NCBI GenBank assembly: GCA_963711735.1
Contig: CAVQFA010000003.1
Coordinates: 146,971 to 210,970 of the forward strand
Direction of reading: 5' to 3'
Origin: Candidatus Gottesmanbacteria bacterium
Lineage (GTDB): Bacteria > Patescibacteriota > Microgenomatia > UBA10105 > UBA927
Length of the DNA: 64,000 bases
Numbering within the stretch: the stretch's first letter is position 1; every line of letters begins with the position of its first letter. The notes under the pieces are model-generated. The model saw only the letters and a list, made by a program, of their open reading frames with translations. It ran no database searches and was not told where the DNA came from. Positions 36,672 through 46,730 of this stretch are shown here, piece by piece. A program made the position numbers and the translations under genes.

Positions 36672-38417
36672 ATGAAGAATAAAATATCCGGTTTGCGAAA
36701 CATCATATTTGTAATGAAGAATATTTGTCTTGTTATATTCACCGTAATTTTTACAACATACCTTCTTCGACATGCAACTATAGTCTACGCGCAGTCCTGT
36801 GATTCTTCCTGCGCGTCAACTGATGAGTGCCGCGATAAAATTGCCAAGTGCCAGGAGGCATGGAACATGATGGAGGCTGCCAAAAAGCCACACATCGACA
36901 CGCTCCGGAAAATGGAATCGGATATCGCAGCATTTCAGGCGCGCATAAAGATAATCGAAGCAGATCTTGTGAAAAAGTCTCAGGCTATCGCATCCGGCGA
37001 GGAAGAGCTGGGTGAGTACCTCGATCTTGCCGACCGGAGAATCCGCCGTTTTTACAAGCGTCACGCGATGTTTGATGTTCTCACACCGTTTTTATCCTCC
37101 TCCAATGTTGGTTTAGCCTTACGGATGCTCGGGTACCAGCAGGCAGTGACCAACGTCGATAAACAGTCAATTACGAAAACCGCCATCTCCGTACGGGATT
37201 TGGAAGAAAAAAAGTCTAGTCTTGAGCGGGAAAAAGAATCCCTTGCGTATATTAAAACGGAAACAGATAAGCGTGCCGTAAGTGTCCGGAAACTTGTCGG
37301 AGAAGCGGAAAGTTACCAGGGTCAGCTTACCGGCATCATTGCGAGTTTAACCGCCCAACAGACAGCAATCCTCTCCGCCAGATCCGGTGTGTTTACAACG
37401 AGTGTCGGTGATGTACCCCTCGCTGACGATCCCAACGCCAGCCCTTCGTACAATCCCGGATTTAGCCCGGCATTCGGAGGATTTTCCTTCGGAGCGTATA
37501 CGCACAAAAAAGGCATGAGTCAGTACGGGGCAAAAGGAAGGGCTCAATCCGGTCAAAATGCACGTGACATACTCAGGGCGTATTACGGTAAGGAGCCGGT
37601 TGGGAAAGACACCGGCGGGGATATATCCGTTTCCGGGTATGGCAACATGAATTTTGAAGACAGGTATCTTATGGGTATTGCGGAAATGCCGTCGGATTTC
37701 CCGAAAGAAGCACTCAAAGCACAGGCAATTGCCGCACGGTCATATGCATGGCGGTATAAAACAGGCGGACAGACGATCTGCACTACACAGGCATGCCAGG
37801 TATACAACGACGGTAAGGCAAACAACCCGCCCGGACCGTGGCGGGAGGCAGTGCAGGAAACGAAAGGGCAGATCATCGAAGACGTTGTTGCGTACTACTC
37901 GTCCACAACCGGCGGGTACCTCACGACGATGGGGTGGGATACGAAATGCGGTAATCAGGGATGCTGGACAGGGGATGCATACGAAAAAATTGCCAACTCA
38001 CCATGGTTTTATAAAGGCTGGTATACGGCAGACTATTACAACTCTTCCGGCAAATGCGGCAAAAGCCACCCATGGCTCTCACAGGAGGAATTTGCCGATA
38101 TCCTCAACGCCTGGCAGGTGAGGAAAAACGGAGGAGATTCGAGCCGTATCCTGCCAATTACGATCAACGAGTGTTCGATAAACGGCGCAACAGGCAATCC
38201 GTATTCTATGAGCGAACTTCGGAATATGGGAGGGTTCACGGGTGTGTCGGGTGTTTCTGTAACGTATAACTCTGGTGGCTATACCGACACGGTTACGATT
38301 CAGACAAACAAAGGATCAGTTTCCATTCCCGGAGGCGAGTTTAAAGAAGCGTTCAATTTACGTGCTCCGGGTTATATATCCATCCGTAGTTCTTTGTATA
38401 ATATCGAGAAAAAGTAG
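36672..38417 (+). CDS. SpoIID/LytB-domain protein with N-terminal TM and coiled coil
   Basis: 'HKKGMSQYGAKGRAQSGQNARDILRAYYGK' and 'ALKAQAIAARSYAWRYK...YYSSTTGGY'. Start chosen at the ATG at 36672, after the RBS 'taggaga'. Confidence 0.8.
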   Translation: MKNKISGLRNIIFVMKNICLVIFTVIFTTYLLRHATIVYAQSCDSSCASTDECRDKIAKCQEAWNMMEAAKKPHIDTLRKMESDIAAFQARIKIIEADLVKKSQAIASGEEELGEYLDLADRRIRRFYKRHAMFDVLTPFLSSSNVGLALRMLGYQQAVTNVDKQSITKTAISVRDLEEKKSSLEREKESLAYIKTETDKRAVSVRKLVGEAESYQGQLTGIIASLTAQQTAILSARSGVFTTSVGDVPLADDPNASPSYNPGFSPAFGGFSFGAYTHKKGMSQYGAKGRAQSGQNARDILRAYYGKEPVGKDTGGDISVSGYGNMNFEDRYLMGIAEMPSDFPKEALKAQAIAARSYAWRYKTGGQTICTTQACQVYNDGKANNPPGPWREAVQETKGQIIEDVVAYYSSTTGGYLTTMGWDTKCGNQGCWTGDAYEKIANSPWFYKGWYTADYYNSSGKCGKSHPWLSQEEFADILNAWQVRKNGGDSSRILPITINECSINGATGNPYSMSELRNMGGFTGVSGVSVTYNSGGYTDTVTIQTNKGSVSIPGGEFKEAFNLRAPGYISIRSSLYNIEKK

Positions 38418-38435
38418 TACAATAAAGCCGTTTGT

Positions 38436-39041
38436 ATGGCGCAAAACACGAATCCAATCAAAACAAAAGTAAGCCACCACACAATGCAACCGCTTGCATC
38501 CTACGCATTTCAGCCGGGCGGTATCCGCTTTGAAACGCAGGAAGCTGAGGAAACTGTTGAATTGTTTTTACGTCAGCATCCGATTGTCAATATCCCGTGG
38601 ATACTTGTTTCAGTGCTTCTTCTTGCCGCTCCCATTCTTCTCTTTCCGACACTCTTTATTGTTTTAAAAATTCCCGTTCCTCCCGGGCATATGATCGTTG
38701 CTATGGTGTTTTGGTATGTAGCAACATTTGGATTTATTCTTACCAATTTCCTCCATTGGTTTTTTAACATCTATATTGTGACAAACGAACGGATCGTTGA
38801 TATAGATTTTTTATACCTTCTCTATAAACACTCGACAGTTGCAGAACTTGCAAAAATTCAGGATATTTCATATACAGCCAGCGGAATTTTAGCTACAGTG
38901 TTTAACTATGGCAACGTAATGGTTGAAACCGCAGGAGAAATTCCAAGTATCGATTTTGAAGCAGTCCCGCACCCGGATAAGGTGGTAGAAACCATCCGTT
39001 CGCTTGCGGAAGCTGCCGGCTACCTTAAACATGATGTCTGA
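38436..39041 (+). CDS. hypothetical membrane protein
   Basis: ORF with three TM helices after a soluble N-terminus. Confidence 0.5.
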   Translation: MAQNTNPIKTKVSHHTMQPLASYAFQPGGIRFETQEAEETVELFLRQHPIVNIPWILVSVLLLAAPILLFPTLFIVLKIPVPPGHMIVAMVFWYVATFGFILTNFLHWFFNIYIVTNERIVDIDFLYLLYKHSTVAELAKIQDISYTASGILATVFNYGNVMVETAGEIPSIDFEAVPHPDKVVETIRSLAEAAGYLKHDV

Positions 39042-39249
39042 TTTAGTGCCATCGGCATTTCTTTTGTTAAAAATCGGAGTTATCATCGGGCTTACATTGT
39101 ATGCAGCATTTGCGTGGATCATTGTCCGGCAGGAAATGCTTATGGCAAACGTGCTCGAAGAGGGGTTTGAACCGATTCTCAGGATGCTCGCACTTATTCA
39201 CCTCGTTGCATCTGTGGGTGTCATATTCCTTGCATTTATTCTTCTGTAG
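39031..39249 (+). CDS. small two-TM membrane protein
   Basis: 'MMSDLVPSAFLLLKIGVIIGLTLYAAFAWIIV'. Confidence 0.4.
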   Translation: MMSDLVPSAFLLLKIGVIIGLTLYAAFAWIIVRQEMLMANVLEEGFEPILRMLALIHLVASVGVIFLAFILL

Positions 39250-39295
39250 CCTCATCGTTTTTTCAATTCTTCCCATATCCTGATATGATGGTGGT

Positions 39296-41131
39296 ATGAA
39301 GATCGTTTCCGACACCGCATCCGTTATCGGCAGCAGCAACCCTACTGTTTGGGGGCAGATACTCAACGGTAAGCACGGGCATGCAGTTGTTGAAGTGAGC
39401 GGTGAAGAACAGGAAGCGGCAAAACAGGGCATTACCCTTCTTGGTGAACTTGAAAAAATTCTGGCAAATCCCCAGCAAAATCCCGAAGATCTGAAAAAAA
39501 TTTCTGCCGATCTCCGTTATCCGCACGTGGTAACGATGATTCTTTGTATACCTGTCGGCAAAATCCTCTATATAACCCTTTCCGGTGAAGGTGGTGTGTA
39601 TCTCAAAAGAGGCAATAACGTAGCGGTTCTTCTCTCGGGTGAGGGGTTTATTTCAGGAGAAGTTCGGGAGAAAGATACGCTCATTCTTGCATCCAAAACT
39701 CTCTCCGCATACATAAAAGACTGCATAGCATCATTTGACCATCTGCCGGCTGAAGAGGCAGCAGAAAAACTCACGTACCTTATCAATTCACAACACGCTG
39801 AATGGTCAGGTGCAGCGCTTATTTATCAGGTTTCGTCGCTTGAAGAGGAACCTGTTGAAACAACGGAATTGCCGGAGGTAAAAGAACAGCCCATCCGGCG
39901 GAGAATTCCTGTATGGATGTCACGCAGGGTTGCCGTGCGTGTGTTTCATGATATCCGGAACGGCCGTATACCGTATAAAGAACGCATGAAGGAAGAAATA
40001 CGGACCATAACATCAAACAAGCGGAGAGTCCTTTCTGCTGTTTTTATATGTTGTGCTGTTATTTTTCTTCTGAGTGTAGTTCTTGGAATCAGGAAACAGG
40101 TAACGGACAAAGGGAACCGCGAAACGTCAGCAGTACTTACGGAAGCGCGGCACGCGTTTGAAGAAGGAGTCGCACTTCGTGACCTCAATACTATAAAAAG
40201 CAGGGAACGGTTCAAAGAAGCGCTGAAAGTACTTGACGCTGCAATAGCAAACAAGACTGTTCCGCCGAACCTCCGTCGTGAGGTAGACACTCTCAGACAA
40301 GACGTGGCAGATAACCTGTCCGTCGTATCAGCAGAGCGGAAGGTGACCCCGTCACTTTTTTTTGATGCGGAACTTTTGAAAAAAGGAGCGAGTGTGAAGA
40401 AAATCGCCAGGGTAAGCGATACGCTTATCATCCTTGACACAAGCGCGCGGACCGTCATAGCACTTTCCGTTGCCGACAAATCCGGTCGTATCATCGGCGG
40501 CGGGGAGTATGTACAGGGCACATCACTCATAACCGGGTATGACAACCGCGCATACCTTTTTTCTGACAACGGCATTTTTATACTGCCGTTTGAAGGAAAA
40601 GCAGATAAAAAACCCGTTATTGCCAAAAACGAAGGATGGGGGAAGATAGCGGCAATGAGTGCATTTGCCGGAAATCTGTATCTTCTGGACTCGGGAAAAA
40701 ACAGGATATGGAAATATATGGCTGTCGAAAGCGGAGGATTTAGTGATATGCGGGAGTATCTCCGTCCAGACACGCTTCCTGATTTTTCCGGCGCAACGGA
40801 CATGCAGATAAACGGATCTGTCTGGGTAAGCACAAGCACGCTGGGATTCTTGAGGTTTACGCAGGGGATGGAGGAGACGTTTGTGCCGACAGGGATTGAA
40901 GGACCGGAGCTTGGTAAAAACCTGTCCGTCTATACCAGCGACGACACCGAACGGGTATACGTGCTTGATAACGCCAACAAAAGAGTTGTGGTTTTCGGAA
41001 AAGACGGCATATACCAATCCCAATATGTATGGGAAGGAGAAATAAGCCCCACAGCGCTTGCGGTGTATGAGAAAGAAAAGATAATCCTTCTCGTTTCTGC
41101 GGGAAAAATCTATTCGTTTGCGTTACAATAG
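39296..41131 (+). CDS. hypothetical membrane protein with C-terminal beta-propeller-like repeats
   Basis: Central TM 'VLSAVFICCAVIFLLSVVLGI'. C-terminal repeats of the type 'LYLLDSGKNRIWKY / VYVLDNANKRVVVFGKDG'. Confidence 0.55.
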   Translation: MKIVSDTASVIGSSNPTVWGQILNGKHGHAVVEVSGEEQEAAKQGITLLGELEKILANPQQNPEDLKKISADLRYPHVVTMILCIPVGKILYITLSGEGGVYLKRGNNVAVLLSGEGFISGEVREKDTLILASKTLSAYIKDCIASFDHLPAEEAAEKLTYLINSQHAEWSGAALIYQVSSLEEEPVETTELPEVKEQPIRRRIPVWMSRRVAVRVFHDIRNGRIPYKERMKEEIRTITSNKRRVLSAVFICCAVIFLLSVVLGIRKQVTDKGNRETSAVLTEARHAFEEGVALRDLNTIKSRERFKEALKVLDAAIANKTVPPNLRREVDTLRQDVADNLSVVSAERKVTPSLFFDAELLKKGASVKKIARVSDTLIILDTSARTVIALSVADKSGRIIGGGEYVQGTSLITGYDNRAYLFSDNGIFILPFEGKADKKPVIAKNEGWGKIAAMSAFAGNLYLLDSGKNRIWKYMAVESGGFSDMREYLRPDTLPDFSGATDMQINGSVWVSTSTLGFLRFTQGMEETFVPTGIEGPELGKNLSVYTSDDTERVYVLDNANKRVVVFGKDGIYQSQYVWEGEISPTALAVYEKEKIILLVSAGKIYSFALQ

Positions 41132-41147
41132 CGGACATTCCGATGAT

Positions 41148-41591
41148 ATGAAAATAGTACACAAACGGGCTCTGTTTGACTATACGATTTCCGAAAGACT
41201 TGAAGCCGGCATCCAGCTTACCGGTGCTGAAGTTAAATCACTCGCCGGCGGACACGCAAGCCTCGAAGGATCATTTGTTCGGATTATGGGAACCGAAGCG
41301 TACCTCGTGAATGCCCAGATATTTCCCTACATTTATGCCCGTCCGGAGGGGTATGATCCTAAACGGACGAGGAAGCTTCTTGTCCATAAAAAACAGCTGT
41401 TGAGCCTGAAATCGAAGATTGAGGGCGCCAATTTGACCCTGGTACCCATTTCTTTATATAATAAAGGACCGAAATTCAAGCTCGAGATAGGTATAGGGAG
41501 AGGGAAAAAACAGTTTGAAAAGAGGGAAAAAAAGCGGAAAGAGGACCAGAAGAGGGAGCTCGAGAGGGATTTTCGGGGAAAGATAAAATAA
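41148..41591 (+). CDS. smpB: SsrA-binding protein
   Basis: 'MKIVHKRALFDYTISERLEAGIQLTGAEVKSLAGGHASLEGSFVRI'. Confidence 0.9.
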   Translation: MKIVHKRALFDYTISERLEAGIQLTGAEVKSLAGGHASLEGSFVRIMGTEAYLVNAQIFPYIYARPEGYDPKRTRKLLVHKKQLLSLKSKIEGANLTLVPISLYNKGPKFKLEIGIGRGKKQFEKREKKRKEDQKRELERDFRGKIK

Positions 41592-41695
41592 AGGTAGTCC
41601 TCCTGATCTTACCGTTCGCCTTAGTAGATTTCTACTGCGGCTCACGGAGCGATCCAAGGAGGACAAAAATCTAGCAATATTAACGATAGATTTTT

Positions 41696-42110
41696 GGGGA
41701 TGATTGATTCGACGGGAGTAGCTCATTGACAACCGCAAGCCGGCTTTTGATATGTAGCCGTAAAAGAAGTATCAAAAAATAATTGCTGATACAAAAGCAA
41801 AACTTCGCCAAGAACTCGCGGATCTCCGCGCATACTTCGGCGAATCTCCAAGAGCATACGCTCAGCTTTCATTAGCTGCGTAAACTCCTGTGGGACGTTT
41901 TCTAAGTTACCTTTTCCGGTTGGTGCTTGGAAGGCGGAAACAATAGCCGGGACACAGAAATCAAATTGACCGATTGATTTCGGAGAAAAAGGTCAACCCT
42001 TTCCGCAGTTGTCATGTCCATGAGTCATGCGGGAAGAATAACATGGACTACGCTTGTAGACGTTTGATATAAGCTCTTTCGGAACCGGGCTCAATACCCG
42101 GCATCTCCAC
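41696..42110 (+). ncRNA. ssrA: transfer-messenger RNA
   Basis: 5' end 'GGGGATGATTGATTCGACGGG'. 3' T-arm 'CCGGGCTCAATACCCGG' plus acceptor 'CATCTCCA' gives a G3:U70 pair. The internal ORF ends '...AYAQLSLAA' then TAA. Located directly after smpB. Confidence 0.75.
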
Positions 42111-42332
42111 AGCCGTAGCCGATCCGATTTCTAATCGGGAGGCGTACGGATGTGAATGCCCCACCTTCAGCGGGGCGCCACAGCCGGATTTTTTTTATTA
42201 TAATGCTTACGAATATGTGTGTCCCGAAGAAGGCGGACGCCACATTCCTCTTCTTATAAATACATTCTTAAGATAATCCCGGGATCATCACGTTTCCTCA
42301 CGACGATATGTATTTAATGTATCATTATATTC

Positions 42333-43025
42333 GTGGGTATTCTCGACATTCTTTTTCCCAAATGGTGTTACGGATGCGGCAAATTGGGAGCCTATATTTG
42401 TTCCGTGTGTGCGTCGCGCATCAGCATTATTGAGACGAATGAAGCGATATGCCCGGTTTGTCAAAAGGGGGCAATTGACGGGATGACACACCCGCGGTGT
42501 GCTACGAAGAAGGGAATAGACGGACTGACGAGCTTCTTTCGATACGATGGTATTGTCCGTAAGATCATCAAAGCAGTGAAATACCGGTATGTCTCGCATG
42601 CCGTTGAGGAATTGGTAAGACATATTCCCCCAACGTCGTACAATTTGCTCATGGTATTCCAAAAGTATCCGCCAACGATTTGTGTTCCGGTTCCTTTACA
42701 TCCGTCGAGATTTCGTTGGCGCGGATTTAATCAGGCAGAACTCTTCGGATCGGTTTTAGCTGACAAGCTGCATATACCCATGAGGAAGGATATGCTTATA
42801 CGGACACGCTTGACACTTCCGCAGGTGAATATGCATGACCGTAAAGAGCGTCTGAGTAACATGGATCACGTTTTTGCCGTCAGATTCCGCCGGCTGACTC
42901 CTCACGTCCGATGTGTTCTCCTTGTTGATGATATATATACGACCGGAGCGACACTCCGGAGCGCAGCCAGCGTGCTTAAAAAAGCAGGAGTACAACAAGT
43001 TTGGGCCGTAACAATCGCACGGTAA
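42333..43025 (+). CDS. comFC: ComF family protein (phosphoribosyltransferase-like competence protein)
   Basis: N-terminal Zn-finger 'CYGCGKLGAYICSVCAS...CPVCQKGAIDGMTHPRC'. C-terminal PRTase motif 'VLLVDDIYTTGATL'. Confidence 0.75.
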   Translation: MGILDILFPKWCYGCGKLGAYICSVCASRISIIETNEAICPVCQKGAIDGMTHPRCATKKGIDGLTSFFRYDGIVRKIIKAVKYRYVSHAVEELVRHIPPTSYNLLMVFQKYPPTICVPVPLHPSRFRWRGFNQAELFGSVLADKLHIPMRKDMLIRTRLTLPQVNMHDRKERLSNMDHVFAVRFRRLTPHVRCVLLVDDIYTTGATLRSAASVLKKAGVQQVWAVTIAR

Positions 43026-43066
43026 TTATTCTTGTATCACAAAGGTGAATTTGAGATACTGCACGT

Positions 43067-43711
43067 GTGAAAAACCACATCCGGCGTGTTGTTATTATTT
43101 CAAACGGACAATTGCGTCCATCCATTCTAAAACTGATTCATCCCGGGGATTTTGTTATCGGCGTAGACAGGGCGGCGTACTGGCTTATAGATCACGGTAT
43201 AATTCCGCAAGTGGCTATCGGCGATTTTGATTCAACAACACGGGAAGAAATGAAAGAAATCCGGAAAAAAGTAAAAATAGTACTTACGCATCCGTCCCAA
43301 AAGGATGAAACGGATACGGAGTTGGCATTGAAATATGCAGTGAATCTGAAACCCGAAAGCATTGATATGTATGGTGCGTTTGGTACGAGAATGGATCACA
43401 CAATTGCATCAGTTTTACTGTTGGAACCATATTCGTCGCACAATATACAAATAACAGCAGTGGATAATAAAAACAGAATTCAATTTGTTGAAAATACAAT
43501 AGTAATCAAAAAAGACGCATCACTCCCCTATTTTTCAGTGGTCCCGGTTTCAACGCACATAGTTATCAGCATATATGGATGCAAATATCCGGTGGTGAAG
43601 GCAACTTTCAAACGGGGACAAACCATAGGCATCAGCAACGAAACATTATCAAAACAGACCGTTTTGACGCTCCACAGCGGAAAAGTGCTTGTCATTCAGA
43701 GCCGGGATTAA
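43067..43711 (+). CDS. thiamine pyrophosphokinase
   Basis: 'VIGVDRAAYWL...AIGDFDS', 'KDETDTELAL' and 'GAFGTRMDHTIASV'. Confidence 0.8.
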   Translation: MKNHIRRVVIISNGQLRPSILKLIHPGDFVIGVDRAAYWLIDHGIIPQVAIGDFDSTTREEMKEIRKKVKIVLTHPSQKDETDTELALKYAVNLKPESIDMYGAFGTRMDHTIASVLLLEPYSSHNIQITAVDNKNRIQFVENTIVIKKDASLPYFSVVPVSTHIVISIYGCKYPVVKATFKRGQTIGISNETLSKQTVLTLHSGKVLVIQSRD

Positions 43712-43785
43712 TGGTGAAAACAAGGTAATCTTGATATAATCAACACGGATTTATACGTAAATTTAGCTTAATAACAAACATTATA

Positions 43786-43869
43786 GGAGAGTGGGCAGAA
43801 CGGTAATGCACAGGTTTGCTAAACCTGCAACGCGCAAGCGTTGAGTGGGTTCAACTCCCACACTCTCCG
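43786..43869 (+). tRNA. tRNA-Ser (anticodon GCU)
   Basis: Cloverleaf with acceptor GGAGAGT/ACTCTCC, anticodon stem-loop 'CAGGT TTGCTAA ACCTG', a long variable arm and T-arm 'GTGGGTTCAACTCCCAC'. Confidence 0.8.
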
Positions 43870-43890
43870 CATATATGGTATACTGGTTAA

Positions 43891-44367
43891 GTGGTTGAGT
43901 ACATAAGAAACCCAAATACAAACTGTTGTGTTTGCCATAAACCAGTATACAAAAGACCCTCACAAATTAAGTTAAATCACGGAAAAGTTTATTGTGGTCT
44001 TGAGTGTTATGGTATTTCTTGTAGAAGGGAAAAACCATGTATAATATGCGGGAAGCCTGTTTTGGCAGGATTAAATAAAAAAACGTGTAGTCGAAGCTGC
44101 TCGAACAAATTAAGAATAGGAACGCATTATCATGGAGGTTATTCACGAAGTAAAGTCAAAAATTACCAAAGTTTGAAAATGCGCTTGATTGCTCAAAGAG
44201 GGAAAAAATGTGAACGATGTGGATACGGGAAACTTGAAATATTACAAGTACATCACGTGAATAAAGATCGGAACAATAATGAATTGAGCAATTTGGAATT
44301 GATATGTCCTAATTGTCATTATGAAGAACATTTGTTACAAAAAAGTTGGATGAAAACGTTGGTTTAA
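43891..44367 (+). CDS. free-standing HNH endonuclease
   Basis: Multiple CxxC pairs and the HNH core 'CERCGYGKLEILQVHHVNKDRNNNELSNLELICPNCH'. Confidence 0.75.
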   Translation: MVEYIRNPNTNCCVCHKPVYKRPSQIKLNHGKVYCGLECYGISCRREKPCIICGKPVLAGLNKKTCSRSCSNKLRIGTHYHGGYSRSKVKNYQSLKMRLIAQRGKKCERCGYGKLEILQVHHVNKDRNNNELSNLELICPNCHYEEHLLQKSWMKTLV

Positions 44368-44377
44368 TAGTAAACAA

Positions 44378-44462
44378 GGAGGGTGGGCAGGACGGTAATG
44401 CGCGAGTCTTGAAAACTCGTGGGAGCAATCCCTAACAGGTTCGACCCCTGTATCCTCCGCCA
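44378..44462 (+). tRNA. tRNA-Ser (anticodon UGA), CCA encoded
   Basis: Acceptor GGAGGGT/ATCCTCC, anticodon stem-loop 'CGAGT CTTGAAA ACTCG', long variable arm, T-arm 'CAGGTTCGACCCCTG'. Confidence 0.8.
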
Positions 44463-44543
44463 AGTTAAACTTGGCTAGGACGTTTGATGTCTTGCGTTGA
44501 TATTTTTTGTTCCCTCCGAAGTCTTAGCGAAGGAGGACTTCTT

Positions 44544-44629
44544 TGGAGAGGTCGCATAGTTGGTCTAGTGCAGCAGTTTACTAAACTGCCGTAACGCAAG
44601 TTACCGCGAGTTCGAATCTCGCCCTCTCC
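44544..44629 (+). tRNA. type II tRNA (Ser-like acceptor) with apparent anticodon ACU
   Basis: Acceptor GGAGAGG/CCTCTCC, anticodon stem-loop 'GCAGT TTACTAA ACTGC', long variable arm, T-arm 'GCGAGTTCGAATCTCGC'. The anticodon assignment is unusual. Confidence 0.5.
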
Positions 44630-44714
44630 GCCGGGTTATCTAGCCACATTTTTAATCACAAGAGAAAGATACCCCTTCCCATCCGGAAAGCATAATAATT
44701 GATATAATGACAGC

Positions 44715-45782
44715 ATGTCCGAATTAATTGATGACCCCAATAGTGCAAGAACGGGTAATGAAATTTTTGATGAATCACCGACTTCAAACCCAGATGTTAC
44801 TGAGCCGGTTGATCAAACCCCTAAAAGAAGAAATATTTCTCTATTTCAATTACTTGTGGGAGCTCTTTTTGTTGTTTGTGTGGTGATAGGTGTAGTTTTA
44901 CTGATATTTTCCGAAAACGCGAATAAATCAAACGTTAAACCAAATGATATTACAGAACAGACAAATATAAATCCAACCCTTGGTACAGGATTTTCAGCAG
45001 TTATACAAACAACCACTACACCAGCAATAATTATTGCTCCTACGAGCACACCGAAAATTTATCATACGAATACACCAATAAATACACCTACGCGTGCTCC
45101 AATGCCCACACCAACTCCAACAAGAACACCACGCCCGCCAATTGTAAATATTTCATATCCGTCAGAGATGCAGGTCATTAACATGACAGAAAACCAACAA
45201 CTCTGTGTGGCAGACGTTCCAAACGGCGGTGACACGTCGGGAACAATGAGACGTCATAATATTAACGATGGAGGATGGAGTGGGTACACCCAGGTTTTTA
45301 CTCTATGTTTTACTCCAAACGAAGGCATTAACCGGATTCAACTGCAATATAAAAATTCGTACGGAGATGAATCGACACAATATACAAGACAGTTTGTATT
45401 TCACCGGATATCTCCGATGACTATTACGTATAGCGGGCAGGTGTTTTTAGATACAAACTGTAACGGAAATTTTGACAGCGGCTCGGAAAATTATATAAAT
45501 TTTTCAACAAAAATTAATATTCTGCAGATTCCAGGAGCTCAAACGCTCGCAACACCGACAACCGGTTTATCCGGAAACTGGAGTTTTTCTAAGCAGATAA
45601 TGGATAACGAATCTATTACCCTTCAGGCTGTTGTGGATTCCTCTATACCAGCGCCTTATGTTTTGTATCCGGATTCCGATAAACGGATTTTTAACCGGAC
45701 TTTCGATACAAATAACAGAAACATTTCCATTTTGCAACCTATTGTCACAACCACTATTTATACAACCATTTGTCCCCACTAA
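44715..45782 (+). CDS. N-terminally anchored hypothetical protein with Pro/Thr linker
   Basis: TM 'ISLFQLLVGALFVVCVVIGVVLLIF' and linker 'NTPTRAPMPTPTPTRTPRPP'. Confidence 0.55.
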   Translation: MSELIDDPNSARTGNEIFDESPTSNPDVTEPVDQTPKRRNISLFQLLVGALFVVCVVIGVVLLIFSENANKSNVKPNDITEQTNINPTLGTGFSAVIQTTTTPAIIIAPTSTPKIYHTNTPINTPTRAPMPTPTPTRTPRPPIVNISYPSEMQVINMTENQQLCVADVPNGGDTSGTMRRHNINDGGWSGYTQVFTLCFTPNEGINRIQLQYKNSYGDESTQYTRQFVFHRISPMTITYSGQVFLDTNCNGNFDSGSENYINFSTKINILQIPGAQTLATPTTGLSGNWSFSKQIMDNESITLQAVVDSSIPAPYVLYPDSDKRIFNRTFDTNNRNISILQPIVTTTIYTTICPH

Positions 45783-46036
45783 CGGAGATATATAGATTCT
45801 ACAAACGACACCGACACCTTACTTATGGTCTGTTCTTAAAAGCAGGAGAAGACTATTTTTGTTTTGTTGTGTGGGTCGAAAATAACATTTTTATAAGTAA
45901 AATCGGCATACTATACCCCAGAGAGAAATACCCCTATCCGTAATAGCTTCCAAAGCCGTCAGTGGACCGATTTCAGTGTAAACTTACGCTCTCCGTATTT
46001 TTGAAATAGACAGAGGAAATATATACAATAATTCTA

Positions 46037-46684
46037 ATGGGAAAAATTATCCCTCGTCTTCTCACTCTCAGCTTCTTCTTAAGTCTTGCTCCAAATGTAT
46101 ATGCCAATATGGCTTTACCACCATCATACTACTACGGTTCCAGCGTCTTTCTACTTCTTACAATGGTTATTTCAGATGCAATAGCACTTTGGTTAGCTCT
46201 GAAACTTGTTAGGGTAAAAATAAACAAAGTAAAATTTTTCATAGCCTTAATAACAACAGTAATACTGGGAATAATTGCTGACATTTCTTCGTTAATAATC
46301 ACGAATACGCTGCTTAATACTTTTTTCCCCCTCTTTAGCCGTTATCATCAGGGTTTTCTTAGAAAAGTTGACTATCTATTATTATTTTCACCCTCATCCT
46401 TTTATATGTTGGGGGTATCTTTGAATAACTTTACGTCTCATTTTCCGGAATATGTTCCTCCTCTGGGAGTAAGTTTGCTTATGATTTCTGCATTTATCTG
46501 TATTGCATGTTTTAACTTAATTCATAAAGCAATTTTTAAAATAAGTGCCAAACAAGCATTTTTAACCGCATTATTATTGGGAATATTTACCAATCCGGGT
46601 TGGGGTTTATATCCATATGCATTTATCGCCTGGATAATAATTTTAGGGATCATATTTATTTTTATAAAGAAAAATAAGCTCTAA
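46037..46684 (+). CDS. polytopic membrane protein (hypothetical)
   Basis: About six hydrophobic helices. Confidence 0.5.
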   Translation: MGKIIPRLLTLSFFLSLAPNVYANMALPPSYYYGSSVFLLLTMVISDAIALWLALKLVRVKINKVKFFIALITTVILGIIADISSLIITNTLLNTFFPLFSRYHQGFLRKVDYLLLFSPSSFYMLGVSLNNFTSHFPEYVPPLGVSLLMISAFICIACFNLIHKAIFKISAKQAFLTALLLGIFTNPGWGLYPYAFIAWIIILGIIFIFIKKNKL

Positions 46685-46730
46685 CGTAACTACGTTTCAT
46701 TAACAAACAGGTAATACTCAATTCCCTTTT

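Noticed and set aside
39946-40839. 297-aa minus-strand ORF inside the 611-aa beta-propeller membrane protein gene
   Set aside because: Antisense shadow ORF with an Arg/Ser-rich product. The sense ORF is longer and has coherent TM and repeat structure.
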